Shown piece after piece: positions 8,570 through 18,274 of a DNA stretch of 52,925 bases. Position 1 is the stretch's first letter. Each line of letters opens with the position of its first letter. Location of the stretch: IMG/VR virus record IMGVR_UViG_3300041409_000458; one strand, written 5' to 3'. This DNA comes from a virus (taxonomy: Duplodnaviria > Heunggongvirae > Uroviricota > Caudoviricetes). The notes under the pieces were generated by a model. It made no database searches. It was not told where the DNA came from and saw nothing but the letters and a program-made list of their open reading frames with translations. Both the position numbers and the translations under genes were made by a program.

Positions 8570-9011
8570 AGCAACAGTAGACTTAATTAAGTCATTTGAG
8601 GGTCTGGTTCTGAAAGCCTATGTAGACCCCGGAACAGGTGGTGAACCAATAACAATTGGCTATGGAACCACTATATATAAAGGTATTCAGAAAGTTAAAC
8701 TGGGTGATAGTATCACTCCAGAGCAAGCTGAAATGTTCCTGACATACGATGTTAATACTTTCTCTGAAGGGGTAAAAAAGCTGATAACCAAGAACCTAAC
8801 GGAAAATCAATTTGGTGCTTTAGTATCTTTTGCTTATAATGTAGGTCTAGCAAACCTCAAAAACAGTACTTTACTTAAGAAAGTAAATGTTAATCCAAAT
8901 GACCCAGCTATTGCAACTGAGTTTGGAAAGTGGGTAAGAGCAGGTGGAAAGGTGATGAATGGATTAGTTAGGCGTAGAAATGCAGAATCAATGTTATACT
9001 TTAAAAAATAA
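8559..9011 (+). CDS. Endolysin, GH24 lysozyme
   Basis: FEGLVLKAYVDP...TIGYG catalytic E-x8-D-x5-T pattern; ALVSFAYNVG; GLVRRR. Confidence 0.93.
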   Translation: MVNKATVDLIKSFEGLVLKAYVDPGTGGEPITIGYGTTIYKGIQKVKLGDSITPEQAEMFLTYDVNTFSEGVKKLITKNLTENQFGALVSFAYNVGLANLKNSTLLKKVNVNPNDPAIATEFGKWVRAGGKVMNGLVRRRNAESMLYFKK

Positions 9012-9053
9012 AACCGTTCTCCTATTCCGGATACAGAAATAGGTGCTTAAATT

Positions 9054-9971
9054 ATGAAAGACAAAGGTTTAGACATGGGTCTCATCAGAGAGTTGAACAC
9101 TTCTGAGAGAAACAAAAGAGGTTGGTCAAAGAACTTTTACGGATTCCGTAAGATGTTCCATTCCTATCTGAACAAATTGGAAGTTCCATTTTATGACATT
9201 TGTTGTGCAGAAGCCAGTGAAAATCCGGGTCCTGTACGTTTCAATGTTACAACTGGCTCTCTTGAGTACTTCAATGGTACTGCTTGGGTAGAAACAGTTG
9301 GTGGATTTGGTGCTGCTGCAACAGGTATAACAGCCTTTGCAGGTGGTGGTCAAGGTTCAGCTACAGCTCTAACTGCTGGTTATAATGAAGTTACTACTGT
9401 AGCAACAGCTGGTGACTCCGTTAAACTACCAACAGCTGCAGCCTCAACTGTAGTAATTGTTAAAAATGAAGGTGCTGCAGCAATGAATGTATTTCCTTTC
9501 TTGGGAGATACAATCAATGATGGTTCTGCGAATGCAGCTTATGCTGTACCAGCAGGTGCAACAGTTACTTTCGTAGCTCTGAATGCTACAAATTGGGAAA
9601 CAGATAGTGAACTCGTTATCGCTAGTGGAATTAAGAACTCCGCAGGAACAATGATTGCTGCTTTCTATCCTCAGGTAGCTCAGACTAACATTACTGCAGG
9701 TACAGGTGGTGCTATTCCAGTAACTAATTACCTAACTACAATTAATACCGATGCTGGTGGTGATGCTTTCACTCTGGCAGCTGGTACACAGGTAGGTCAG
9801 ATGAAGAAAATCCTTCTTGTGGCTGATGGTGGTGGTGATGGTGTTGTTACTCCTGCAGCTTTAGCTGCTGGTACAACAATTACCTTTAATGATGCAACAG
9901 ACTATGTAATTCTACAGTGGAATGGTGCAGCATGGGTAACATTAGAAAATTCTGGAACTACGATTGCGTAA
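9054..9971 (+). CDS. Probable virion structural / decoration protein
   Basis: Ala/Gly/Thr-rich beta-type repeats (GDSVKLP, GDAFTLAAG) in a late-gene context. Function not assignable. Confidence 0.5.
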   Translation: MKDKGLDMGLIRELNTSERNKRGWSKNFYGFRKMFHSYLNKLEVPFYDICCAEASENPGPVRFNVTTGSLEYFNGTAWVETVGGFGAAATGITAFAGGGQGSATALTAGYNEVTTVATAGDSVKLPTAAASTVVIVKNEGAAAMNVFPFLGDTINDGSANAAYAVPAGATVTFVALNATNWETDSELVIASGIKNSAGTMIAAFYPQVAQTNITAGTGGAIPVTNYLTTINTDAGGDAFTLAAGTQVGQMKKILLVADGGGDGVVTPAALAAGTTITFNDATDYVILQWNGAAWVTLENSGTTIA

Positions 9972-9982
9972 TCCTCCGTGAA

Positions 9983-10020
9983 GAAAAAGAAAAACCCTCC
10001 TAATTGGAGGGTTTTTTATT
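9983..10020. terminator. Bidirectional rho-independent terminator between convergent arms
   Basis: aaaaaccctcc-taatt-ggagggtttttt: a perfect inverted repeat with A/T tracts on both sides, where the + and - gene blocks meet. Confidence 0.9.
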
Positions 10021-10317
10021 TCCTTTATCTCTGAACCATAGTGTCTTCGTGCCTCCGTCAAATGGGTTAAATGCTATAAATAGATATTTACTTGCATTAT
10101 AAACCAATCTTACTACTACGCTATTCAGTTTTGTTCCATCCTCTGTTTTTGCAGAGTGGATGTTGTCTTTTGTAACCCTTATGAGGGTAGGAATACAATC
10201 AAGTCCTAACCCTCTCTCATCTAATCTCTCTATAAAATGCTTCGTAGGATGCAATTTTACCAACTCATCGGGATAGACAAAGTTCCCTTTTAGAATCTGT
10301 GTTCTCGTCAGTTCCAT
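10000..10317 (-). CDS. Small alpha/beta protein, possible BECR/RegB/DUF4258-like RNase fold
   Basis: HPTKHFIERLDER motif followed by alternating beta-strands ending in KTLW. Confidence 0.35.
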   Translation of the reverse strand: MELTRTQILKGNFVYPDELVKLHPTKHFIERLDERGLGLDCIPTLIRVTKDNIHSAKTEDGTKLNSVVVRLVYNASKYLFIAFNPFDGGTKTLWFRDKGNKKPSN

Positions 10318-10438
10318 CTATCATAATTTTAAAATCGTTGAGAGATGGGTCAGACCGTACATCACATACGGCCTGACACAATTCCTCAAGAGAAGGATTA
10401 TCCAAATGGACCTCCTTCTTTTCATTAATAATCATCAT
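10265..10438 (-). CDS. Possible 57-aa hypothetical protein (not in ORF track)
   Basis: ATGA overlap with the stop at 10435. Fills the gap 10317-10435 but overlaps the next ORF by 53 nt. Confidence 0.35.
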   Translation of the reverse strand: MMIINEKKEVHLDNPSLEELCQAVCDVRSDPSLNDFKIMIDGTDENTDSKRELCLSR

Positions 10439-11013
10439 ATAAGAGTTTCTTTTTCTTTACTATAAATACCTCCAATTTCTCCGAGTTTCCTCAGTTCCTC
10501 CAGAGGCAATTCATAAGTTTCTGCTACGTACTCAATTGGAGTCAATCCTCCGAGGACTTCGTACTTTGAATTTGGTTCTAAAGCAGCTTGTATATCAATA
10601 CTGATGTTGTTCTTCCTATTAGCATAAGTGTAGTGATAAGTTGTAATGAGCTCCTTGGCTTCTCTGGACATTTTTGAATACTTCCCTTTCAGGAATAACT
10701 CAATATCAAGTGCCCACTCAGAAATGTCAAGAACCATAATACATGTGTTATCAACGTCATGTGTTTCAATGAGATATCCACTTTTGTCTAAGGCAGGAAA
10801 TATAACCTTGTTGCAGTTTTCTACAAATTCATCATAGTTATCATAGGTAAATTTGACTATCAGGTGATAATCTTCAATGGAGTACTTCTCCCAGAATAGA
10901 TAGGATTCAAGCTTATATATTTGAGTCTTCGCCAAGCCTGACAATGGTAGTAGAAATGCCTGACTTTTACTCCAATACTCTTGTTTAAGAAATTCTTCTT
11001 TAAGTTCCTTCAT
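10435..11013 (-). CDS. Hypothetical phage protein
   Basis: 192-aa ORF coupled to its neighbours. No motif recognised. Confidence 0.7.
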   Translation of the reverse strand: MKELKEEFLKQEYWSKSQAFLLPLSGLAKTQIYKLESYLFWEKYSIEDYHLIVKFTYDNYDEFVENCNKVIFPALDKSGYLIETHDVDNTCIMVLDISEWALDIELFLKGKYSKMSREAKELITTYHYTYANRKNNISIDIQAALEPNSKYEVLGGLTPIEYVAETYELPLEELRKLGEIGGIYSKEKETLI

Positions 11014-11350
11014 ACCTTTCTTTTAGTTTTAAACGTCTCTTATTCACCTCTTCATAAAACGTAGGGTCTTGTTCAACCTTCTGGTGTTCATCAAAGGTAA
11101 GTAAGATAATGTTATCTTTATCAAAAATTCCTTCAGGACACTTTGACTTAGGTAATATGTGATGAAAAAATGTAGTCAGTGCTTCTTGACCTAACCACCT
11201 TCCAGAAACTTCTGATTTGTGTGGTCTCTCCATCCAGATATCCATAAAGACACTCAACATCATTTGAGTAATCTTCTTTTTATCCTTGATGTTCTGCAGT
11301 CTCTTTTGAGAAGGCTGATTAAGCTTATTTGAATACGTTCTTTTTAGCAT
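11000..11350 (-). CDS. Small HNH-fold nuclease
   Basis: HHILPKS...DNIILLTFDEH, an HNH-like pattern. Confidence 0.55.
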   Translation of the reverse strand: MLKRTYSNKLNQPSQKRLQNIKDKKKITQMMLSVFMDIWMERPHKSEVSGRWLGQEALTTFFHHILPKSKCPEGIFDKDNIILLTFDEHQKVEQDPTFYEEVNKRRLKLKERYEGT

Positions 11351-11353
11351 ATT

Positions 11354-11677
11354 TTATCTATTATCTCCGTCTCCTTTTTGAACTCCTCTCTCTTTACGAG
11401 AGCTTAATTTTGCTACATTGGCATCAACTACATCTTGTAGTGTGTATCCAAGGTCATCAGCTAATGATGTGAGGTACCAAAGAACATCTCCAGCTTCTTT
11501 TAAAAGCTCTACCTTGTCCAATTCCTTGTCACCACGTAGCCATTTTTTAACCTTTTCAGCTATTTCTCCACCCTCCCCTGTAATTCCAAGGGTAGGATAG
11601 ATGATAGCATGTTTCTCAGGATATACTTTCATCCCTTTTACAAACTCATTATATTCATTAAACTGCATCTGCTTCAA
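11354..11677 (-). CDS. mazG: MazG-like nucleotide pyrophosphohydrolase
   Basis: LGITGEGGEIAEKVKK...KEAGDVLWY (ExxE...ExxD), NVAKLSSR. Confidence 0.9.
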   Translation of the reverse strand: MKQMQFNEYNEFVKGMKVYPEKHAIIYPTLGITGEGGEIAEKVKKWLRGDKELDKVELLKEAGDVLWYLTSLADDLGYTLQDVVDANVAKLSSRKERGVQKGDGDNR

Positions 11678-12716
11678 TTTTTTCTTCTACAAGTACAATC
11701 TCCTGACCCATTTTGTCTTGGATATTGGCAGAGATTTTACTGTAAAATTCAGGATTATCAATAAGAAGTGATTTGAACTCAGATTCAGAATACTTCGTTC
11801 CCTCATAAGTGATGTAAGGAATTAACTTCTCTTTTCTCACCGTAAGCAAACCAAGGTCCTTTCCAAGGTCAACAACTTCCTGTAGTTTGTCAATACCAAC
11901 TCCATAGAGTACATTAAATTCAGCTTTTTTAAATGGTGCTGAAAGTTTGTTCTTTATCACCTTAGCAATCGTCTGATTACCAATTTTGATTTCTCCATTG
12001 AACACAGAGTTATCTTTTGATATTGAACGTGTTGTCTCAATACGAACGTGAGCATAGAATTTCAGTGCATTACCACCTTGAGTCGTATCTGGTGAACCAA
12101 ACATAACACCAATTTTCTGCCTAAGCTGACCAATAAACACAAATGTAGTTCCATGTTTCATGGATAGATAGTTGGCTTTCATTACAGCCTGACCAAGCAT
12201 ACGGGCATGTTTACCAATAGCTGAGTCACCAACTTCACCTTCCAGTACTGATTTTGGCTGCAGAGCATTGTAGCTATCATAGATAACCATATCAATCTCT
12301 CCAGTTTCAACCAGTTTATCAACCTTATTATAGGCTCCTTCTCCTGCAGTATCATCCATCTGAATAATATACAGGTCTTCCATATCAACTCCAAGAGCTT
12401 TGGCATAATCTCTATCCAGAGAGTTCTCAGCATCTACATAGATACATTTTAATCCTTTCTTTTGAGCATTACCTATGATTGTCTGACATAAGGTACTTTT
12501 ACCTGTTGATTCCCAGCCAATAATTTCATAGATTTTTCCGGTAACAACTCCACCAATACCAAGAGCATAGTTCAATCCTATCGAACCTGTGTCGATAATT
12601 GGACCTGATACTTGTACTGTGGGATTTTTACCATGAATTACGGTTCCTTTTCCGTAAGTCTTTTCGAGCTCAGCGATTGCTTGAGCTAATGTTTGCTGAC
12701 CTTTTTTCTCTGCCAT
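11658..12716 (-). CDS. recA: RecA recombinase
   Basis: Walker A (GWESTGKS), DAENSLD, FIGQLRQKIGVMFGSPDTTQGGNALKFYA, KNKLSAPFK. Confidence 0.97.
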   Translation of the reverse strand: MAEKKGQQTLAQAIAELEKTYGKGTVIHGKNPTVQVSGPIIDTGSIGLNYALGIGGVVTGKIYEIIGWESTGKSTLCQTIIGNAQKKGLKCIYVDAENSLDRDYAKALGVDMEDLYIIQMDDTAGEGAYNKVDKLVETGEIDMVIYDSYNALQPKSVLEGEVGDSAIGKHARMLGQAVMKANYLSMKHGTTFVFIGQLRQKIGVMFGSPDTTQGGNALKFYAHVRIETTRSISKDNSVFNGEIKIGNQTIAKVIKNKLSAPFKKAEFNVLYGVGIDKLQEVVDLGKDLGLLTVRKEKLIPYITYEGTKYSESEFKSLLIDNPEFYSKISANIQDKMGQEIVLVEEKIEADAV

Positions 12717-12995
12717 TTAGAATGTTTTAATCCAGTTATTTAATTGGAGTGCTTTTGCCTCCTTCCTTGCCTGAACTTCTTCAGTTATTCCCATCTTTTT
12801 GCATAGGGCTTGTACTCTGAAAAGAACATCACCCAGTTCCTCTACTATCTTCTCCCTTGGAGGCTGTCTCTCTGGGCTTTTTGTCAGAACTTTAAGTAAA
12901 ACTTCTGATGATTCTGCATATTCCTCTAGAGTTTTCAGAATGAATTTCTCTACAGAAAACTGCTCAATTAAAAGGTCTATTGTTTCTTCTATCAT
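12717..12995 (-). CDS. Second MazG-like protein
   Basis: LEEYAESSE...IVEELGDVL (EE-x2-E...EExxD). Confidence 0.7.
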   Translation of the reverse strand: MIEETIDLLIEQFSVEKFILKTLEEYAESSEVLLKVLTKSPERQPPREKIVEELGDVLFRVQALCKKMGITEEVQARKEAKALQLNNWIKTF

Positions 12996-12999
12996 AATG

Positions 13000-13031
13000 T
13001 AAATTTACAACTCTTTTTCAAATCTTCCAAA
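13000..13031 (-). promoter_or_regulatory. Bacteroidota sigma70-type promoter upstream of the MazG/RecA block
   Basis: Minus strand reads TTTG-N20-TAAATTTA. Confidence 0.6.
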
Positions 13032-13589
13032 TTATGCACGTCTGTTTTCTGCAATTCTTTTACACATATCAATGAAGTAATTTTCGGAAAATTTATTCTT
13101 CATAATATTAACATGTTTATGAACCCATTGAACATTATCTATTGAATAATCTTTATCTGAATCAATTCTATCCAATGATGCATTATAATCTCCTTTCCAC
13201 TTTTCAGGAAAGTGCAGAGGTAAACCAGTTAAAGCGCATTTTCTATCTTGTTTAAGAAATAGTGCCCACGCTTGGTCTATTGTTATTGTTACTTCTTTAA
13301 TTCTTCGACCACCTTTTTCACCAGATGCATTCCTTTTGATTTCGTACCAAAATCCACCAGATATTTCCCCAGAGCCTGTCCACTGATGATGATTTTTACC
13401 TATTGTTTTAATACAGCCACAATTAGTTATAGACATTTTTCTGAGATGGTGACCTAATACATTATGACTTTTACCACAGTCACAGACACATTCATATTTT
13501 ATATGTGTTTTTTGCCTATCTTCAATCTCTTTAACTACCGTTAAATGTCCAAACTTCTTTCCAATCAAATCAATTTTACTCTTACTCAT
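13032..13589 (-). CDS. HNH homing endonuclease with N-terminal Cys-rich DNA-binding module
   Basis: IGKKFGHLTV...CVCDCG...NCGC, and SLDRIDSDKDYSIDNVQWVHKHVN. Likely start is the ATG at 13589 (track start 13670 runs through the promoter). Confidence 0.85.
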   Translation of the reverse strand: MSKSKIDLIGKKFGHLTVVKEIEDRQKTHIKYECVCDCGKSHNVLGHHLRKMSITNCGCIKTIGKNHHQWTGSGEISGGFWYEIKRNASGEKGGRRIKEVTITIDQAWALFLKQDRKCALTGLPLHFPEKWKGDYNASLDRIDSDKDYSIDNVQWVHKHVNIMKNKFSENYFIDMCKRIAENRRA

Positions 13590-13610
13590 AGTATATAACA
13601 TTTTATAACA

Positions 13611-13642
13611 CAAATATACGAAATAAAATGTTATATACCAAA
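13611..13642 (-). promoter_or_regulatory. Bacteroidota sigma70-type promoter of the HNH gene
   Basis: TTTG-N20-TATATTTG, a perfect consensus match. Confidence 0.75.
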
Positions 13643-13648
13643 TAAGTT

Positions 13649-15916
13649 TTACATCCTTACAATTTCGCATTGGCCGCCGCTACAAGCGGTTGCTGCATAG
13701 TCACTCACATCCTTATATTCAGGCTTTGTTAAAATTTTCGATAAATCAATATCCTTATACTTTTTACAAATTGTTTCCCACTTATGTAAGATGTGAATAT
13801 CCTTAAGACAGCTAACCATCTTTTCAACATCACCTTTGAAGTAGTTCTTAGCAAACTTCTTACCTCTGTCCAGCCAGTATTTCTTAAGCAGAACTTGTTC
13901 TCTTGTTCCTGTAATAGGAATTTCCTTCTTGATATCCAAGATTGTAGAACAAGCAAGCCAAAGATTTTCATCGAAATAATGCAAGGCATCAACGATTAAT
14001 CCAGCTGCAAACATACTTCCCACTCCATAGAGCTTAATGATATCTTCCATAGGAACAACTTCTGTGTATGGTGCCTGAGCCCATCCTCTACTACCCATAT
14101 TAGATAAAAATGATATAGCTGTGAAAGATTCTCTATTATCCCATATGTAATTAATTACATCTGTCTTATCATCTTCTACAATTACAGTACATGATACATT
14201 ATGAGTGATACCTTCATAAGCACATCTCTCAGGTACAGTTCCCGGAATAACCCAGTTCTCTTGTACCAGTTTGATATACTCCAAATGCTTAACTCCTATA
14301 ATGTCATTCTTCAGGATTGCTCCTTCAGGAACACTAATAGGAACATATATTACATAATCACTCTTTGTGTCACTATGAACACTTTCTTCAAGCATGAATG
14401 GCATGTTTTCCTGCATATATTTGGCTACCGTAGACTCTTTGTTAATTTGCATGACTCTAAGGTATCTTGCAGCCTCCTCAGCTTTCAATCCTCCAGTTGT
14501 CATAGCAATAGTACCACTATTTCCTCCGGGCTTCACACAGGTTGTACGGGCTGCTGGATTGATTCCAATTATTTTGGCTATCTTCTCATTGGTCTCGATT
14601 ACCACCTGAGCTCCCTTTTGCAACCACTCTGGATTAAACAATTTAGGATTATTCATCCAACCTATTATAGAAACTCCTAATAAGCTCTCTCCTGCAAAGA
14701 TTTGTTCACTGATTTTTCCCAGATAAGGGAAAGAAACGTATCCTGCCTGACAGGTTCCCAGTACAGCAGCATCCTGACAAGCTCTTAGGAACTGTTCTAG
14801 GGTCTTAATTCTTTCAGCTACAATCTCATTAAGGTTACAACCTTGGACTCCAAAAAGGTCTTTATTAACCCTTGTAAACTCTTCTACGTGCTCATAGAGT
14901 ATCTTCTTGAGGTCTCCTCTGTATAGAATTGGAAGCTTGGAGATTTCATAACATGGATTGAACATATCAAACCAGCTATTGGCAAACACGAATCCTACAT
15001 CATTCATTCCATTATTCAGGTTCACAATCCTTTCGAATTGTTCCTTTGTAACATCACCCCTGATTAATAGAACACTATTGTTTGTACGTTCTCTTTGCTT
15101 ATTTTCCTGATACCAGTTACCTGTCTTGGACATTATCATTTCCTCATCATAAGGGTCAATGATAAAGTTTAGAGCTGCTCTTCTTACACCTCCAGAGAGA
15201 ACTGCATTGGACATGTGACAAATAATATCACCGACAGCAATAGGTCTAAGTTTATTTCCCTCTTTGGCTATCCAGTTATCCATCAACTGTTCAATCTTCT
15301 CCAGACAATTCTTCAATGGTTCGTATCCCGGAGCCTTGAAACCACCACTGATGTATGAACCTTTTTCCCTGATTTGACTTCCATCAAACCTGATTTTGCA
15401 ATTTGCGAATTGCGGAAAGGGCTGATTATCAACAAAGTAAGAGGACATTAGAACACCAACGGCATCTGCCCATCCTTCAATACTATCTTCGATGATATAG
15501 GTCACTGTTCCATTCTCTCTGGCTTGTACACGAGAGATATTATTAACGAATGGAATTAATAGTGATGTACCAACTCCACAGCCATTCAAAGCAAGATAGA
15601 AGACTTCCTGAAATACAGTGTTCCTCATGGCATGTGTTGAAACACAATTGTACATACGTAAATTACTTCTCTCAATTTGAGGATATCTATACTGAAGATT
15701 CCTCTGACTGGCTAAGACGCTCATATCTTTTACACTCTCGAGAGCTGAGAGTAAGTATGGTTCCAATTCCGGATTATTACCATACTTCAACCTGTGTCCA
15801 TTAATAATGTCCTCTGAGGCATCTTCCCATGTTTCGTAAGAACCCTTTTTTTCGTCCCACTTGAAATAGTCAGTATGCAATTTCAAATCTGACAGAAATT
15901 TTTTTCCAGTTTTCAT
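13649..15916 (-). CDS. nrdJ: Ribonucleotide reductase, probably monomeric class II (AdoCbl-dependent)
   Basis: YNC, NPCYE, GCNLNE and TCVKP motifs; IEDSIEGWAD effector region; C-terminal CSGGQCE. No beta subunit in the window and no intein. Confidence 0.8.
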   Translation of the reverse strand: MKTGKKFLSDLKLHTDYFKWDEKKGSYETWEDASEDIINGHRLKYGNNPELEPYLLSALESVKDMSVLASQRNLQYRYPQIERSNLRMYNCVSTHAMRNTVFQEVFYLALNGCGVGTSLLIPFVNNISRVQARENGTVTYIIEDSIEGWADAVGVLMSSYFVDNQPFPQFANCKIRFDGSQIREKGSYISGGFKAPGYEPLKNCLEKIEQLMDNWIAKEGNKLRPIAVGDIICHMSNAVLSGGVRRAALNFIIDPYDEEMIMSKTGNWYQENKQRERTNNSVLLIRGDVTKEQFERIVNLNNGMNDVGFVFANSWFDMFNPCYEISKLPILYRGDLKKILYEHVEEFTRVNKDLFGVQGCNLNEIVAERIKTLEQFLRACQDAAVLGTCQAGYVSFPYLGKISEQIFAGESLLGVSIIGWMNNPKLFNPEWLQKGAQVVIETNEKIAKIIGINPAARTTCVKPGGNSGTIAMTTGGLKAEEAARYLRVMQINKESTVAKYMQENMPFMLEESVHSDTKSDYVIYVPISVPEGAILKNDIIGVKHLEYIKLVQENWVIPGTVPERCAYEGITHNVSCTVIVEDDKTDVINYIWDNRESFTAISFLSNMGSRGWAQAPYTEVVPMEDIIKLYGVGSMFAAGLIVDALHYFDENLWLACSTILDIKKEIPITGTREQVLLKKYWLDRGKKFAKNYFKGDVEKMVSCLKDIHILHKWETICKKYKDIDLSKILTKPEYKDVSDYAATACSGGQCEIVRM

Positions 15917-15919
15917 ATT

Positions 15920-16561
15920 TTATTTTATTTTAAAGTTAGTTTTAATAAGCTCATTGAGTTTTTCAAGTTTCCTATTAAGGAATAGATTTGCATCCTTATA
16001 GAGTAAATCTTTAAGCAAAAGAATATCTTTCCTCTTCTGAATAGCAATTACATATTGTTGTAAATGACCCAACTGTCTTATTTTAGGTTTTGTTATTGTA
16101 GGATTTAGATTATTATCTATATAAAAATCATATATCTGTTTAGAGAATGCTTCAGATACAGTAACTATATTACACCTGATACCAGTACTTTGACTATTAG
16201 AAAAACAACCATCACCGTCTATAATCCCTCTCATAATATCTCTGTTCATAGGAATTTTGAGATTAAGGGTGCCAGACTTTCTTTCAGTGATACCATAGTC
16301 ATTTAGAGTTTTTACACAATCCTGATTGCTGAACGCAACTTGATATAAGATTTTGTTAAATCTTTTATCATTTATTGTATGAATATTTAGTGGATAATTG
16401 CTCCACTTTACAAATTTTTCTAATATCTCCTTATCTTTTTCCTGTAAATTAAAGGTTAATTTACCTTTGTGGATGCAACCGTCTGTTGCAATAAGACCAA
16501 TCCAGTAACAGGTATCTGAATCTAATGTTTCAAATAAATCATGTTTTACTATTCCATTCAT
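15920..16561 (-). CDS. Free-standing LAGLIDADG endonuclease
   Basis: Two motifs, YWIGLIATDGCI and IMRGIIDGDGCF. Confidence 0.88.
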   Translation of the reverse strand: MNGIVKHDLFETLDSDTCYWIGLIATDGCIHKGKLTFNLQEKDKEILEKFVKWSNYPLNIHTINDKRFNKILYQVAFSNQDCVKTLNDYGITERKSGTLNLKIPMNRDIMRGIIDGDGCFSNSQSTGIRCNIVTVSEAFSKQIYDFYIDNNLNPTITKPKIRQLGHLQQYVIAIQKRKDILLLKDLLYKDANLFLNRKLEKLNELIKTNFKIK

Positions 16562-16571
16562 ATAATAAATT

Positions 16572-16601
16572 AAAAAAGGGTAGGGAAAATCCCCTACCCT
16601 C
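16572..16601 (-). terminator. Rho-independent terminator
   Basis: Minus strand agggtagggg-attt-tccctaccc followed by a U-tract. Confidence 0.85.
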
Positions 16602-16607
16602 GGTGTA

Positions 16608-16638
16608 TAAATATACGAAATTCTACTGGATTCTCAAA
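16608..16638 (-). promoter_or_regulatory. Bacteroidota sigma70-type promoter
   Basis: TTTG-N19-TATATTTA upstream of the LAGLIDADG gene. Confidence 0.6.
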
Positions 16639-16671
16639 GAAAATACCCTTAATTCTGTATGTTATTTTTCC

Positions 16672-17046
16672 TTAAAAAGGAAGTATTTCGATGCGTTCTT
16701 TACTCTTCTCTTGCTGCTCTCTATAGCAACAATATGCCAATTTAAAGTAATTGATACCATCTAAGAAACTATCATCAATACTCTCATTATTTGGAGTTTT
16801 TCCTGCACTAATCAAGTTACCTAACCGTGCTAATTTCAAAACTACCATAAATAAAGCATAACCTGTGGGATTGCTAACATCTATTCCTAATTCTTTAGCA
16901 GCATTGCTAACTGACTTAAAGTTGGATAACACATCTGCTCCTGCATAATCATGAGCTTTTGACTTGGTAATTTGCATTATCTTGTCATGTAGTTCTTCGT
17001 AAATTTTTGCTTGTTCTTCTGACTTCATAAAATTGTATTTAACCAA
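16672..17046 (-). CDS. DUF1599-like (nucleotide-modification-associated) helical protein
   Basis: KAHDYAG...SNFK...KLARL...DSFLDGINY pattern. Confidence 0.55.
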   Translation of the reverse strand: MVKYNFMKSEEQAKIYEELHDKIMQITKSKAHDYAGADVLSNFKSVSNAAKELGIDVSNPTGYALFMVVLKLARLGNLISAGKTPNNESIDDSFLDGINYFKLAYCCYREQQEKSKERIEILPF

Positions 17047-17294
17047 TGAGAAATTACATATCCTAATCCTGTACCTGCCATTGCACCTGCAGAATAAGAA
17101 ATCCTATCCCACCAACTACCAATAGATATTCTTTTGACATTAATAGTCCATATCAAACTAATCATAAAACCTGTAAGTAACATTGGAATAATCATACCAT
17201 GTGCAATAAAATTTACATTCATAGCCACAAATGTAACTTGAAGTAATCCTGTTAGGAATAAGTGTGTTTTGGGGTTCTTAAATAATCTTTTCAA
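17025..17294 (-). CDS. Small membrane protein
   Basis: About 3 hydrophobic segments. Confidence 0.6.
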   Translation of the reverse strand: MKRLFKNPKTHLFLTGLLQVTFVAMNVNFIAHGMIIPMLLTGFMISLIWTINVKRISIGSWWDRISYSAGAMAGTGLGYVISHWLNTIL

Positions 17295-18274
17295 TTTTTC
17301 TTTTTAACTCTGTCATCAATCTTGTTTTCTCCCTTAATTGTTTTCCTGTACTGAACAAATCCTCTAAAGTTACCACTCCATCCTTCCTGAGAAGGATTCT
17401 TAGGTTGATATTCAGGATTTTCAGATGTTACTCTAGTATAATCCGTACCTTGTTCATGAGTACCATGTATCATTTCTGTTTTGGTCATAGCCCGAGCACA
17501 ATGTTCAAACGGTGACATATGACCACTTTTGAGTAAGGTATCGTGAAGTTTGATATCAGCTTCGTAGTCATCTTTACCTTCAAAGTTTAAGTACGATACT
17601 CTTGCACAACGTGCAGTTGCAATCTTCACCATAGCATCTTGTATCCTCTTAGTCCAAGGATTTAGTAAATCTATAGTATTTAATGATGTCATACAAGCTA
17701 ATCTAACTGTATCCATCTTATCACCAAAAGGAATATGCCACTCACCAGCTTTCAGTTGCTTTGGAGTACTTTGGTTATAAGCATCCAACATTTGATATGC
17801 TAATTCTTGTATATGTATTTCAGCTCCGTCTTCAGCTCTCAGTGCAAAGAAGTTTTCCCATTCTGTTCCGGTACAAATACATTTGTGATATAGATAAGGT
17901 TCTAATATTCTATTGCATATTTGTTTTGTGACTCCTGAAGCTTCACTTAATTGATAAGCTGCTGAACAAGCTGCATCCCTCGCAGCTAACCACTCTATCT
18001 CGGCTTGTTTTGAAAATATATCATCTAAATACTCATTACCCTGCATTCCCTTATGCTCTTTCATCCAACGTATTGGAATAAAAGGTTCATTTTTTACCTT
18101 TTCAAGCATTGTCTTGAATGGTATTGCTCTACTACTTGCTGAATTTCGTGATATCATTCTGTGAGTATTAAACTCAGATAATATGATTCTCGGAAAATCC
18201 AAAACAAAAGTAGTTATTCTCTGACCAAATTCATTAATTGAGTCAGCAATTATCTCAGCCTTTATTCTATTCAT
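17291..18274 (-). CDS. thyX: Flavin-dependent thymidylate synthase (phage type)
   Basis: EFNTHRMISRNSASSRAIP, KQICNRILEP, TARCARVSY, HMSPFEH. Confidence 0.88.
   Translation of the reverse strand: MNRIKAEIIADSINEFGQRITTFVLDFPRIILSEFNTHRMISRNSASSRAIPFKTMLEKVKNEPFIPIRWMKEHKGMQGNEYLDDIFSKQAEIEWLAARDAACSAAYQLSEASGVTKQICNRILEPYLYHKCICTGTEWENFFALRAEDGAEIHIQELAYQMLDAYNQSTPKQLKAGEWHIPFGDKMDTVRLACMTSLNTIDLLNPWTKRIQDAMVKIATARCARVSYLNFEGKDDYEADIKLHDTLLKSGHMSPFEHCARAMTKTEMIHGTHEQGTDYTRVTSENPEYQPKNPSQEGWSGNFRGFVQYRKTIKGENKIDDRVKKKN

Noticed and set aside
10348-10378. Hairpin gtcagaccgta-catcaca-tacggcctgac as an ncRNA
   Set aside because: It lies within a plausible 57-aa ORF and has no other supporting structure. 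It may be incidental.
11658-15916. Inteins in RecA or RNR (also checked helicases and ligase)
   Set aside because: Protein lengths are normal, motifs are contiguous, and there are no C...HN/C-S-T splice junctions. The neighbouring LAGLIDADG gene is a separate ORF.
13032-16561. Additional group I introns around the HEGs flanking nrdJ
   Set aside because: Flanking genes have complete N- and C-termini, and no P4/P7 core elements like those at 33614-33847 were seen.
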